From: Mobula hypostoma
Taxonomy: Eukaryota
Assembly: GCF_963921235.1 (NCBI RefSeq)
Contig: NC_086097.1
Coordinates: forward strand, 194,496,001-194,560,000
Direction: 5' to 3'
DNA: 64,000 nt
Both the position numbers and the translations under genes were made by a program. Shown one piece after another: positions 1-12,184 of this stretch. Positions within the stretch are counted from its first letter, which is position 1. Every line of letters begins with the position of its first letter. The notes under the pieces were generated by a model. That model had not been told where the DNA came from. It was given only the letters and a program-made list of their open reading frames with translations, and searched no databases.

Positions 1-1334
1 TTCCGAATTCACGTGGAACTTATGAAATCTGCAAGCATTTCATTGAATAACTGATAGCAGTTCTATGCAGAACTGTCAATAAGACTCAGCAAAATCCAAG
101 CCAGTGTTTTAAAATTAACTGGAATCTGAATATGATTGTCCACTACTTAGAAATAAAATAGCGGCATAAGATAAATTACTAAAGTTAAAAAAAAACATGC
201 TGAATTTTCTGATTTTTTAAAATGCTAACTGCATGATTAAAGTCTTTCCTGGATTGCAAAGGAACAATAAATACCCTTAAAGAAATGGGGAGGAGACCCA
301 CCCATGTACGAAATCTCAGTTCATTTAGAACAGTAACTTACCTCTGACCTGTACAATACATCTGGTTACCTGTGAAATAATAATAGCTGTAAAGTAATGA
401 AGAATCAGCAGAAAATTCTTCACAAACAATAACTTGAACACTACTTTGGTTCCCATCTACTCATTCAATTTGACGAATAAATATGAATCTCATCACTAGA
501 AATAGTGTATATTGCTAAAGAGCACAATGTTTTTTAATTGCTGAGGTTTGATTAAATAGTGATGAATATATCTTAACAAGCAGTAGTTTTATTCTATTCT
601 GTATAACATGGGGCTATATGCATAAGCACATTTGAAATCATACTCTGGTGAAGACCATATTACTTACATACTCATTTTACATAACAATCTTTTCTCTAGG
701 CTATATTAAAAAAAGTTATACTGAATTACATCAGTATTCCAGATGGTACAGAAAGTAATGGAAATATCTAAAGATATGTTTCTCTTTGGAACTATTCCAG
801 TTATAGTTGGACAGTATTGTAATAAGTATGTTAACAATTCGGGGAGATATCAAGCAGGATGTCAAAGTGCTGAAGCTGGCAGTTAACAACACAGTCAATT
901 TCATGCATTTTATTACAATTAAAATGTGCATTATTCAGATTACACCTTGTAGCTTCACCATAAATAATTTTCACATTGCCATTCACTTTCAGGGGACTTA
1001 TACTTGCATCATTCCAGATATTCACATTACTCATCAAATCCTTACTAATCACACTACTTGTCAGATACAACTTCTAGTTAACTTCCTTCAAACAGTTAAT
1101 TTAACTTAAAGATACATACGCATTTATATTGCAATCATCGTAATACTATTCATTACTCTCATAAGAATGATTAAATTGCTCATATCTTAACAACTCAGAA
1201 TTTATACTGGAGGTATTTTATATATTCTTCCCACTCACAAGATTCACTAGGCTCTCACTAGATAATGTAATAACAGAGTTAATGGCATCAGATTGTTTAG
1301 TTACACTTCTTTCATAATTGTTTATTTCATAACT

Positions 1335-1468
1335 ATTTATTTCTTTATTTATTGATTCATTCCAGTCCATTTCATTGAGATACAGTGTGGAATAGGCCCT
1401 CCCAGCCTTTCGAGCCCTGCCACCCAGCGATCCCCCCATTTATTCTTAGTCTAATCACGGGACAATTT
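1335..1468 (-). mobile_element. SINE 3' fragment inserted in the env relic
   Basis: (TTTA)n-like tail followed by GC-richer sequence (gagatacagtgtggaataggccc...ctaatcacgggacaattta) that interrupts the AT-rich env-like frame. Confidence 0.5.
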
Positions 1469-1699
1469 AAATAGCAGAAGGAGCCTAAAAAATTACATCT
1501 GGTCTCTAATTCCTGTTAACCTTAAAACTTGGTGCTCATTTCAGGAAAGTGGAAAGTGAGATTATAGGAATCTTGTGTGAAATATTTTGTAATTTAAGAG
1601 CAAACCCAGATTTATTGCTGGAGATACATCTGGGCAGAGAAACTAGTGAATTTTCATGTCCTTTAAGACCACATAAATGATTTGTTTCTACTAGTAGCA

Positions 1700-3100
1700 G
1701 AAGGAGGCTAGGCTGTGGTCCTTCCCCACAGAGCCTTTCCACTTAGTGCACCTCTCAGTATGTACTCCGGCAGCCCGGTATGTGCCAGTCTGCAGCACTC
1801 CCTTATGACATCTTACTGTACTGGAAGACTAGCAAGTTTTGGGCAGACTAAGGACATCTTTCCTTGTATGTCTTGGTCTCTTCCCCTGGAAACAATGTTA
1901 TGCAGCTGCAGGAAATGAACTGAGACAATGACACTTGCATCCTTCTCCACATCCTCTGAGCAAATCCACAGTCTGTATAAGAGGCAAGTGGCCATCTCTT
2001 CCCCACACAGCTGTTCCAAGGGCAGTAATGTTGGGGATGGTATATTATCTACGAGAAGGATTGGAGATTGAGAGCCCCTATCACTACCAGCCAGGCAAAG
2101 TCCTGGTGCTTGCTGGTGAGTTCTGGCTATGAAGCATTCTGCTTAAGGAGCTACCCCATAGTATCAATAAAGTCCCTGTCCTGCAATGTCTGTAGTACAT
2201 TCCGTGTGGACATCTGCATGAAGGATTGAGTTCAAAGGTGTTTGCTTGGAGAACTATTCCACAAAGGACAGGTGATGCGGTAATGTCCATTTGACTGGGA
2301 CTTTGCATGGTAACAGTGTCAGGTCAAGATCCTGCAGCTGCAACATCAGCACTTGGTGCCTGATCAAGCCACACATAAAGTGATGCCACACAGAAGTACT
2401 CTTTTGCCCCCATCCTCTGGGTGGCTTGATCATGATCCATTGAACTTGTTCCACCTTGGATCCACAAATGAACTGGACATTGTCCCAGGTGATTACTGAG
2501 GCAGAGGAGTGGGGAACAGGCCACACCTGCACCAAATGCAGCAGTCCTGAGGGCACATTGCACCTTTTCACCAAGTTATTCCCAGATATTGACCAAGAGC
2601 ATTTGTTCCAACAAATTTTTGATTGACCTTCCTTGTCTACTCCAGCCAGTTCTTGATATAGTCCTCAGCCATCTGAACAAGTACCCCAGCACCATTACGT
2701 AGTAAAGCCTGATAATGAAGGGAATAACCCTAGTTGCTGAGGAGCGTGAACTTGAGTCTTGTCATGGTTGAATCTGGCCCCTGACGCCAACTCAAACTGG
2801 TCATGCAGCTGAACAATCTGCGAACTGACCAAAGTTCTGAGCAGAAGTCGGCAACATCATTCACAAATGGGAGTTTTTGACCATGGTGCCTCTGCTGACT
2901 GCCAACATCAGTGCTCTCAGCTTCTTGCTGGATTTGGCACAAGATTTAATACAAAACACCTACAAGATGGTGAAGAGTAGACTACCCTACCTGACTCCAG
3001 ACTTTAGGAGAACCTGTCTGTCTCCTACCATTGATTTAGATTGCACTATGTAGAGCAGTTGGATCCAATCTGTACTTCAAAGTATGCATAGGAAGCAAAA
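1700..3100 (-). mobile_element. Degraded Tx1/L1-clade LINE ORF2 (RT to C-terminal Cys/His region)
   Basis: Minus-strand remnants WIQLL, FVNDVADFCSELWSVRRL (YMDD-region equivalent), QNAS*PELTSKHQDFAWLVV and DCGFAQRMWRRMQ. Confidence 0.7.
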
Positions 3101-3654
3101 CTTATGGAGAAGGAATTCCAGACAGATTGTTCATGTCGCAACAAGGCTTATCTGTTCTCCACTTTAATGTGATTACAAAATCCTGAGGAATGCATTATTG
3201 CACACTGGCTGGATGTAGTTTCAGTACTTGCTTCCCCTAAAGTCTGGAGACAGGCAAGGCTTGTTCTTGATTGTCTAACAAACCAATATTCTTTGAAACT
3301 TCTCTGGACCCTTTTGCGTTATTGTATCCCAAAGTAAACCAAGCATACTGCTGGAGTTCTGGTAAATTCTATTTATAAAATAAAAGGACATTGGGTCTTC
3401 CAACAAGAGTGTTTATTCTGACAATAAAAGCAATAATTCACTGCATTCACTGTTAACATCATATATTTATACATGAGGTTACATTAGTGCAGCATGTCCT
3501 CTGACCACTTGACGATTAGACAACTATATACAAATGCCCAGAAGCACTTATGGTTGTATGTTCATTGTGTTTATGCTTGCGAAGACAAAGGAAAAGGACA
3601 ATCTATAAATATGAGATTGTGTAATGTCTGAAGAAACTCAACTAAAAGGAAAGG

Positions 3655-4391
3655 TCCTGATGTGGCCTCCTCTACATCATTGAGATCGAGGGCAGAGTAG
3701 GCAACCAGTTTGACAAACACCTACATTCTGTCCTCAGTGAATACCCCCTGTTTTTGGTTGCATGCTATTTCAGTTTTCCTTCCCATTGCCAGAATTAACC
3801 GTCCATCCTCAGCATCTCTACTGCCAGGATGTGGCCCAACTTCCAATTACAAATAACCCCTGAATCCTGTGTTCTCTCTCTCTCTTTCTAGTCTACCTGC
3901 AATTACTTTCTGAAAATATACTTCCAGATTCCATTTGATCTCCTTCTCCCTCCTGGATTCATACACTTACTGCTCACATACTTCACCCACCATATCCTCT
4001 CTGCTACTTGGTTCTTTCTGCCTTCATCTGTCTCTGTATGGTTCCCATTATCACTTTCCCTACTTGCCAGATGAAGCATTTGTAACCTTTTCCCACTTAT
4101 CACCCCCTAGCTTCAGTCTTCACCTTTCCCTCTCTTCACCTGGTTCCATTTGCCTTTTATCGTCCTGTCACTTACCTGCTTCTTTCTGCCATCTCCTTCT
4201 GCCCATCGTTCTTCACCACTGTTTGGTTCACCTATCACTTCCTGGCTTCTATGTCACTGCTCCATCACTAATCTTTTTACTGGCTGTCTTAACCTTTCCA
4301 TTCTCAGTCCTTATGTAAGGTCTTGACACAAAACATCGATAATTCTTTTCCACATACTGATGATTCTCAACCCGCTGAATTTTTCTAGCAA
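3655..4391 (+). mobile_element. Degraded Penelope-like 3' fragment (GIY-YIG end, pyrimidine-rich tract, decayed terminal repeat)
   Basis: tgtggcctcctctacatc encodes CGLLYI, as in the young Penelope at 60-63 kb; ends with a decayed copy of the hammerhead/terminal repeat near 4300-4390. Confidence 0.65.
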
Positions 4392-5524
4392 TTAAAAGCA
4401 CTGAGTCAGCAATGTATCAAAACTCACACCATATAATTATCAGTTGTACACTGATATACAGTACACCTCTTTTTAAATTCATAGTTTATCACATTCTGAA
4501 TACCACACAAAGTTGGTACACTCATATTTATATCATTCGTATTTATCTTAACCATTAGCTTTAAGCCATTTATCACCTCCACACCACTAATCATAATTAT
4601 AACGCTCATCCTGTTGAAACACAAAGTAATTGGTCTCCTTATATTTATGAATCGCATTATCGTTTTTCCCTATATTCTTTCAAAGTATTAACATAGTTCA
4701 AGATTTTCACACTATTCCAGACACAATTCTTTTCTATTATTTAATCTATCATATGACTCTATTAATTTGGGTAATCTGCTGAGGTTCTGAAATAGTTTTT
4801 GACATGGTTTTATCTCTTGATTTGTCTTCTAATTTCCTTTGGTGAAGCACAAATTTTGGTATCAGTACAAAAAAAATTATCTTCCATGATTACTTCAACT
4901 GGTTTTATATTATTCTATATTCTATCTTTATAACTAATCATAAAAAACAAGAAGAAAAAATCATTACCTTAAGTGTAGAGGTCTGTTGTGAGAATCATTA
5001 AGGGAGCTGCATCAATGTATTTACTTTTCTTCAGCTGCAGATTTAGAAAAAGGCATTGGCAACATATTTGTGTTTTTGCTTTTAGGAAGCTTTCAAGTAA
5101 AAGTAATTGGAATAGCAACTCTATGGACATGATAAGACAACAGCAGGGCATACAAATGCAGAAGCATTCAAAGAGGTTGAAAGTCACTGCACACCTTTGA
5201 TTTTCTTTTTGTACAGTAATCTTTAGCTACCATTGATCTTGTACTGCAAGATCATATTGAATTTTTCCCTTCCATGAACTTTGTAGAACTTATTATAAAC
5301 ACATAGAAATATATCTCAGCCAAACTAAGCTTCAAATGCCACCTCTCTGGTTATAGCTTTACTCATGTCACATCCTGTGAGTCAATAAAAGATCCATCAT
5401 AAAATATTCCTGTGTTGATTTTGAATTCTGAGTTTAGGAAAGTGTTCCTCACGTACTACCAGTGGATATATAACTGAATGATAAGTCTGGTAGAATTCAA
5501 AAAGGTAAAAAAATAGAATATAAA

Positions 5525-6095
5525 TTGACTTCTTCTTGATGGCGGCAATGAGAAGAAAGCATAACCTGGGTGGTGGGTGTCCCTGATGATGGATGCTGCT
5601 TTCCTGCAACAACACTCCATGCAGATATGCTCAGTGGAGGAGATGGCTTTACCCGTGATGGACTGAGCTGTATTCACTACTTTTTCTAATATTTTTGATT
5701 CAAAGATGTTAATTTCTTTACCAGGCTGTGATGCAACCAGTCAATATACTTTCCACCACATGCCTATAGCAGTCTGTCAAGGTAGTTGATGCCATGCTGA
5801 ATCTTTGCAAACCTCTAAGAAGTAGAGGCGCTGCTGTGCTTTCTACATAATTGCACTTATGTGCTGGGCCCAGGACTGGTACTCCGAAATGATAACACCA
5901 AGGAATTTAAAGTGGATGACACTCTCCTCCTTTTGATGCCCTGATGAGGAACTGGCTCATATGCCTTCAGTTCCTTCTCCTGAGTCAATAATCAGCTCCT
6001 TGGTCTTGCTGACATTGAGTGAGAAGTTATTGTTGTGGGACAACTCAGCCAGATTTTCAAACTCCTTTCTATATGCTGGTTCATCACCACCTTTG
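5525..6095 (-). mobile_element. Rex1/Babar-like LINE 3' ORF fragment
   Basis: KAASIIRDTHHPGYAFFSLPPS motif; inverted relative to the related copy at 6096-6885. Confidence 0.65.
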
Positions 6096-6885
6096 TAGAT
6101 TTTAGGAGAGGGGAATCAGAAGTCCATGAGCCAGTAATGATCAGAGGATCAAAGGTGGAAAGGGTAGGTAACTTTACATTCCTGGGAGTCACTATCTCAG
6201 AGGACCTGTCCTGGACCCATCATGTAAATATCATTGCGAAGAAAGCACAACAACACCTCTACTTCCTCAGGAGTCTGCGGAGGTTCGCCATGTCATCCAA
6301 AACCTTGGCAAACTTCTGTGGATGTATAGTGGAAAGTGTGCTGACTGGCTGCACTATGGCCTGGTATGAGAACACCAATGCCTTTAAGCAGAAAGTCTGA
6401 CAAAAGGTAGTGGATTCAGCCCAGCACATCATGGGTAAAACCGTCCCAACCATTGAGCACTTCTACATGACATATTGCTGTGGAAAAGCAGCATCCATCA
6501 TCAAAGATCCTCACCACCCAGGCTATGCTCTTTTCTCACTGCTGCCATTAGTTAGAAGGTACAAGAGCCTCAGGACTCGCACCACCAGGTTCAAGAACAG
6601 CTACTACCCCTCAACCACCAGTCTCTTGAAGAAAAGGGGATAGCTACACTGATTTAAGGACTCTGTTATATTGTTATTTCATGCTTGTTATTTATTGCTA
6701 TTTATTTATATCTGCACCTTACAGAGTTTCTTTATAGTTTACAGTTCCTGATGTTTTCAGTTGCTGTTCTATAGATTTGCTTAGTATGCCCGCAGAAAAA
6801 GAATCTTTGGATTGTATGTGGTAACATGTACAAACTCTGATTAAGAATTTAACTTTGAACTTTGAACTTTGACTTTGAACCTTTG
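6096..6885 (+). mobile_element. Rex1/Babar-like LINE 3' end
   Basis: ORFs 6035-6400 and 6410-6643: FLGVTISEDLSW, KKAQQHLYFLRSLRRF, KAASIIKDPHHPG, RTTRFKNSYYP; (CTTTGAA)n tail at ~6853-6880. Confidence 0.75.
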
Positions 6886-6889
6886 ATTC

Positions 6890-7385
6890 GGTTAACTACA
6901 GTGGTGTCATCAGCAAACTTAAATATGGCATTGAAGCTGTGCATAGCCACACAGTCATAAGTGTAAAGCGAGTAGAATGGGGGCTAAACACAGCCTTGTG
7001 GTGCACTTGTGCTGATGAAGATTGTGGAAGAGATGTTGCTGGCAATCCAAACTGATTCGGGCCTGCAAGTGAGAAAATCAAGAATCCAATTGTGTAAGGA
7101 GGTGTTGAGGCCAAGGTCTTCAAGCTTATTGATTCGTTTTGAGGGAACAATAGTATTGAATGCTGAACTGTAGTCAATAAAGAGCATCCAGATGTATGCA
7201 TCTTTTCTGTCTAGATGTTGCAGGATTGAGTGAAGAGCCAATGTGATGTCTGTGGGCCTGCTGTGCTGGTAGGCAAATAGGAGTGGAAACAATTCACTTC
7301 TCAGGCAGGAGTTGATGTGCTTCATTGCCAACCTTTCAGAACACATCATCACAGTAGATGTTACTGCAACTGGACGACAGTCATA
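6890..7385 (-). mobile_element. Rex1/Babar-like RT fragment
   Basis: [41 protein letters not shown], and FADDT in the next frame. Confidence 0.75.
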
Positions 7386-7399
7386 ATGATGATGATGAC

Positions 7400-9541
7400 C
7401 ATTTGGCAGGTGGATGGGATCAGGAGTTATTATGCTGAAGATGATAGTTGGTTTACAAACAGAAGCAATATGTAGTGAGACTCCTAACAGGGAGAGATTA
7501 ATGACAGGGCAAAATTGCAGTGAACAAGATGAGTTACAACATAAAAGGTGAATACAATCAAAAAGGGTGAATGCAGGACTGAAGGTGTTATATCTGAATA
7601 CGCGTAGTATACACAATAAGGTAGATAAACTTGTAACACAGTTACAGATTGGCATGTACAGGCATCACGGAATCATGGCTGAAAGAAGAATATAACTGGA
7701 AGATTATTCTCCAAGGATACACCTTCCATCGAAAGGACAGGCAGGAAGGCAGAGGAGGTGGCATTACTCTGTTGGTAAAAAATGAAATCAAGTCATTAGA
7801 AAGAGGTGACATCGGGTTGGAAGGTGTTGAATCATTGTGGATAGAGCTAAGGAACTACAAGGGTAAAAAGACCCTGATAGGAGTTGTATACAGATCTCCA
7901 AACAGTAGTAAGGATGTGGTCTACAAATTACAGTGGGGGATAGAAAATGCATGCCGAAGGGCAATGCTACAATAGTTATGGAGGATTTCAATATGCAGGT
8001 AGATTGGGAAAATCAAATTGGTGCTGGATTCCAAGAGGGGGAATTTATATGGTGCCTATGAGATGGCTTTTTAGAGCAGCTTGTGGTTGAACCCACTAGG
8101 GGATCAGCAATTCTGGATCGAGTGTTGTTCAATGAACCAGAATTGATTAGAGAGCATAAGGTAAAGAAATCCCAAGAGGCAAGTGTTTATAATATGATCA
8201 AATTCACCCTGCAATTTGAGAAGGAGAAGCTAGAGTTAGATGTATCCTGTATTGCAGTGGAGTAAAGAAAATTACAGAGGCATGAGAGAGGAGTTGGCCA
8301 GAATTGATTGGAAAAGAACACTGGCAGGGATGATGGCACAGCCATGACTAGCAACAGAAGTCAAAGCTGACATAAAATCCAAAGAGAGGGCATATAATAG
8401 AGCAAAAATTACGAGGGGTGATTGATAAGTTCGTGGCCTAAGATAGAAGGAGATGAGTTATACAGCTCTCGTTACGTGCACATGCAGTTCAACTCTGAGT
8501 GATTATGCAGAAAATTTGAAGTTAATAACTGATCTCCTTCTACACGAGGCCACAAACTTATCAATCACCCCTGCTGTGGACTATTTTCTGGAGGTCCAAG
8601 ACGCTGACTTCTACAAAGAAGGGATCCATATGCTCCACGACCACTGGACTACTTGTGTAAATGTAGGAGGGGACTATGTTGAAAATTCAATGTGCTAGGT
8701 TTTCTGAAGGTCTCCTTCTACCTTAGGTCATGAACTTATCAATCACCTCTCGTAGTGGGAAGTTAGAGCATTGGGAAGCTTTCAAACACCAACAGAAGGC
8801 AACACAGAAAGTCACAAAAAAGGTAAAGATGGAATATGAAAATAAGTTAGCCAATCATATTAAAGAGGATACCAAAAGTCTCTTAAGATACGTTGTGTAA
8901 AAGAGAGGTGAGTGTGGATATCAGACCACTAGAAAACAATGCCAGAGAAGTAATAATGGGAGATAAGGAAATGGCGCATGAACTGAATAAGTACTTTGCA
9001 TCAGTCTTCACTGTGGAGGACACTAGCAGTATGCTGGAAGTTCCAGGTGTCGGGGGCATGAAGTGTGTGAAGTTAGCATTACTAGGGAGAAGGTTCTTGG
9101 GAAAGTGAAACGTCTAAAGATAGATAAGTCACCTGGACCAGATGGCGTACACCCTAGGGTTCTGAAAAAGGTGGTTGAAGAGATTGTAGAGGCATTAGAA
9201 ATGACCTTTTAAGTATCACTAGATTCTGGAATGGTTCTGGAAGACTAGGCAATTGCAAATGTCACTCCACTTTTCAAGAAGGGAGAAAGGCAGAAAAAAG
9301 GAAATTATAGGATGGTTAGTCTGACCTCAGTGGTTGGGAAGATGTTGATGTTGATTGTTAAGGTTGTGGTTTTGGGGTACTTGGAGGCACATGATAAAAT
9401 AGGCCATAGTTAGCATGGTTTCCTCAAGTGAAAATCTTGCCTGATAAATATGTTGGAATTCTTTGAAGAATTAGCAAGCAGGGTAGACAAAAGAGAATCG
9501 ATTGCTGTGTAATTGGATTTTCAGAAGGCCTTTGACAAGAT
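7400..9541 (+). mobile_element. CR1 LINE ORF2 (APE endonuclease to RT start), degraded; interrupted by a mariner and an RTE
   Basis: GITESWL, RKDRQEGRGGG, LWIELRN, GVVYR, LNKYFASVFTVED, DKSPGPDG, LDFQKAFDK; resumes briefly at 11624-11652. Confidence 0.85.
8412..8752 (+). mobile_element. Non-autonomous mariner element
   Basis: ~40-bp TIRs (cgaggggtgattgataagttcgtggcctaag / cttaggtcatgaacttatcaatcacctctcg); TA duplicated on both sides, and removal restores CR1 gcaaaaatTAgtgggaag; transposase C-terminus FYKEGIHMLHDHWTTCVNVGGDYVE. Confidence 0.88.
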
Positions 9542-11623
9542 GTTGTTGTTCGTCCTTCGTAGTCGAAGCTGACCATGGCTTCAAAGTCAAATGGGAGATT
9601 GGTGGCTGTGGGTCCGGAGGTGACTGATGAGGCCAATCCGGGCCCTGAAGTCTCGCCCACATGTGGGACACAAGTGGGTGGGTGCTGTCGTGGCAGTGGA
9701 TGCTGCTCGGGCCTTGCGCACAGCACGCTTTCGTTGCGCCTCGATGATGCGCCTGACTTCAGCTGCACGGGCTCCTGTGGTGATCTTGCTGCGCCAAGCT
9801 GGACGGTCGAGGGCAAGCGTCTCCCACGTGTTGATGTCGACACCCAAGCCTTTGAGGGACGCTTTGAGGCAGTCTTTGTAACGTTTCTTCTGCCCCCCGA
9901 CTGAGTGCTTGCCCTGACACAGTTCTCCGTACAGCAGCTGCTTAGGCAATCAGTTGTCTGGCATTCTGACCACATGTCCAGCCCACCTGGCTTGGGCTTT
10001 CAGCAGGAGGGTGTAGACGCTGCAGAGCCCAGCTCGTTCCAGGATTTCCGTGTCGGGGACTTTGTCCTGCCACCTGATGTGGAGGAGTCTGCGGAGACAG
10101 CTCAGGTGAAAGTTGTTGAGCTGTTTGACGTGTCTGCTGTAGACAGTCCAGGTCTCACTGGCGTAAAGGAGGGTGGTAAGGACCTCTGCACTGTAGACCT
10201 TCAGCTTGGTGGTAAGGCTGAGTCCTCTCCGCTCCCAGACATTCTCACGGAGTCTCCCAAAGGCGGCACTGGCTTTGGCAATCCTGTTGTTGACCTCAGT
10301 GTCTATGTTCACTGCGCGAGAGAGTATGCTGCCCAGGTAGGTGAAGTTGTCGACTGCCTGGAGGTTCTGGCCCTTCACCGTGATGCGCGGCTCCTGGTAT
10401 AGCTTTCCTGGGGCAGGCTGGTACATAACTTCGGTCTTTTTGGTGCTGATAGTGAGTCCGAAGTTGTCGCAGGCTTGTGAGAAGCAGTCCATTTCACGCT
10501 GCATCTCCTGCTCTGTGCTGGCGTTGAGTGCACAGTCATCAGCAAACAAGAAGTCTCTGATGACAGTCTCTCGCACCTTTGGAACTGCCTGCAGGCGCCT
10601 AAGGTTGAACAACCTGCCATCAGTCCTGTACCTGACGTGGATTCCTTCTTCGTAGTTACGGAAGGCATCTGTCAGCACGGCAGAGAATACCATACTGAAC
10701 AGAGTCGGGGCAAGAACTGTTTGACGCCATTTGTCACTGGGAAGGCCTCCGACTCGTCGTCGTCATCCAGAACTTTCACCATCATACCGTCGTGGAACTG
10801 GCGGACGATTGTGATGAACTTGCTGGGGCAGCCAAACTTCTCCATGATCTTCCACAAGCCTCCTCTGCTGACCGTATCGAAAGCCTTGGTTAGATCGACA
10901 AAGGTCACGAAGAGGTCACTGTGTTGCTCCTGGCATTTTTCCTGGAGTTGGCGCGAAGCAAAAATCATGTCCGCGGTCCCACGTTCAGCACGGAAGCCGC
11001 ACTAGCTTTCTGGGAGCAGACCTTACTCAAGATGTTGGAGAAGGCGGTTGAGCAGGATGCTGGTCAGAACCTTCCCCGCAATGGACAAGAGGGAGATGCC
11101 TCGGTGGTTGTCGCAAGACTGGCGGTTGCCTTTCCTCTTGTAGATGTGGACTATGCTGGCATCTTTCAGCTGTTGCGGGACCTGTCCCTTTTTCCACATG
11201 GACTGGAAGAGAACAGTCAGCTTTTGCATCATGACAGGGCCTCCTGCTTTGTGTACCTCAGCCGGGATTGCATCGGGTCCTGGCGCTTTGCCACAGGAGA
11301 GTTGGTTCACTGCCTTCCTAACTTCATCTACTGTGGGGAGGGTGTCGAGGTTCTTGTTGATCTCTACCTGGGGCAGGCGGGCAATGGCCTCGTCGTTGAT
11401 GTCGGCAGGGCGGTTAAGGACGTTGTTAAAGTGCTCAACCCACCGATCCAGAATCTGCTTCTTCTCTGTCAGCAGCTGCATCTCATCTGCGTTGAGGAGA
11501 GGTGAAGAGCCGGAGGACTGGGATCCGTATGCAGCCTTAAGCGCATCGTAGAAGCGCTTTATGTCGTGGCTGTCTGCATAGCCCTGGATTTCATCAGCCT
11601 TCTTGCTGAACCAGCTGTCCTGC
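9542..11623 (-). mobile_element. Young 5'-truncated RTE (BovB-like) LINE
   Basis: GKAPGPDAIPAE, RGISLLSIAGK, FVDLTKAFDTV, LFADDCAL, LLYASETW, C-terminal CPTC...HLRTH; (CAA)n tail; TSD acaagat at 9535-9541 and 11624-11630; CpG-rich. Confidence 0.92.
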
Positions 11624-11652
11624 ACAAGATACCACAGATAAGACTGTTTATC

Positions 11653-12180
11653 CTGTAGCTCCTCCAACACTTCAGCTCTCAGCCTGGATGGTACAACAAC
11701 TCTCAATCCCCACATAAGGCAACCTCTGTCAAAGGCAAGTTCATCCCGATGCTGGCAGTAAAAGGGGAACTGGGATTTCTGCTGCACATTCCAGCCACTT
11801 TGGGTTGCCGTGTAGATCTGAGACAATGTGGGGTCTTTTCTGGTTTCCCTTTGGATCATCTCTGCTATAACAGGAAGACTTTCAATTTGCATTAGGGAGA
11901 ATATGTCCAGAGGACTGTCCTCTTTCGTAAATTTTTCAGGTATTTCCTTTTCCAAGGGTAAATGGGACAATCCATCAGCATTTTCACGATTAGTTCTCTT
12001 GAATTCATCTCGTGTTCATTTAAATCTTCCTCTTCACCACTGCTATGTTTTGAAAATCCAAAACCTAAAACCAATTGAAAGAAAAAGACCACAAGATCAT
12101 GTACATTTTATTTTTACTTTAAATGAGGCATGCATATGTGACAGCGAGGTGGATGAACTAAGCATGACGATTCACTCTGG
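11653..12180 (-). mobile_element. Internally deleted Gypsy fragment (RNase H-integrase linker, probable PBS and part of the 5' LTR)
   Basis: TRKDPTL...RDELAFDRGCLMWGLRVVVPSRLRAEVLEEL; PBS-like TGGTGAAGAGGA at ~12039-12028 next to an LTR-like end. Confidence 0.7.
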
Positions 12181-12184
12181 GGAC

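Larger units (their letters stand above)
1..5366 (-). pseudogene. env: Decayed foamy-virus-like envelope gene (leader peptide + SU) in four segments (~5366-4392, ~3650-3110, ~1700-1470, ~1330-1); probably continues past the window start
   Basis: Manual minus-strand translation gives motifs in the same order as PFV Env (recalled): REKR furin-like site 4671-4660; KYKETNYFVFQQDERY ~ KYVEVNMTSIPQGVYY; GLKLMVKINTNDI ~ GLSQILMINSENI; EFLQTLHNLIFIDCPFPLSSQA*TQ*TYNHKCFWAFVYSCLIVKW (3639-3505) ~ EEMQSLSDVMIDFEIPLGDPRDQEQYIHRKCYQEFANCYLVKY; QCP (from 3393); LGSF (1488-1477); NI*NT ~ NIENT; FCTIWNTD ~ FSLWEGD; NELRFRTWVGLLP (325-287) ~ NEMPNARAFVGLIDP. Many stops and frameshifts. Confidence 0.72.

Noticed and set aside
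342..369. Apparent 28-nt minus-strand micro-exon (tttcacag...gtaagt)
   Set aside because: It lies within the collinear env-like frame and has no partner exons; probably chance splice-like signals.
4428..4610. Apparent minus-strand host exon (tttcaacag...gtgagt)
   Set aside because: Its translation is better explained by the foamy Env-like motif GLKLMVKINTNDI, with similarity continuing beyond both putative splice sites.
6984..7655. 223-aa ORF
   Set aside because: Chimera of antisense CR1 and a Rex1/Babar-like RT fragment.
9905..11551. Several long plus-strand ORFs
   Set aside because: Antisense shadows of the GC-rich RTE coding sequence; the same applies to alternative-frame ORFs over Hero and Penelope.
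11023..11970. 315-aa ORF fusing a Gypsy segment to RTE sequence
   Set aside because: The junction passes through ~30 nt of antisense CR1 and the RTE TSD, and the downstream RTE frame is broken; a chance in-frame juxtaposition.
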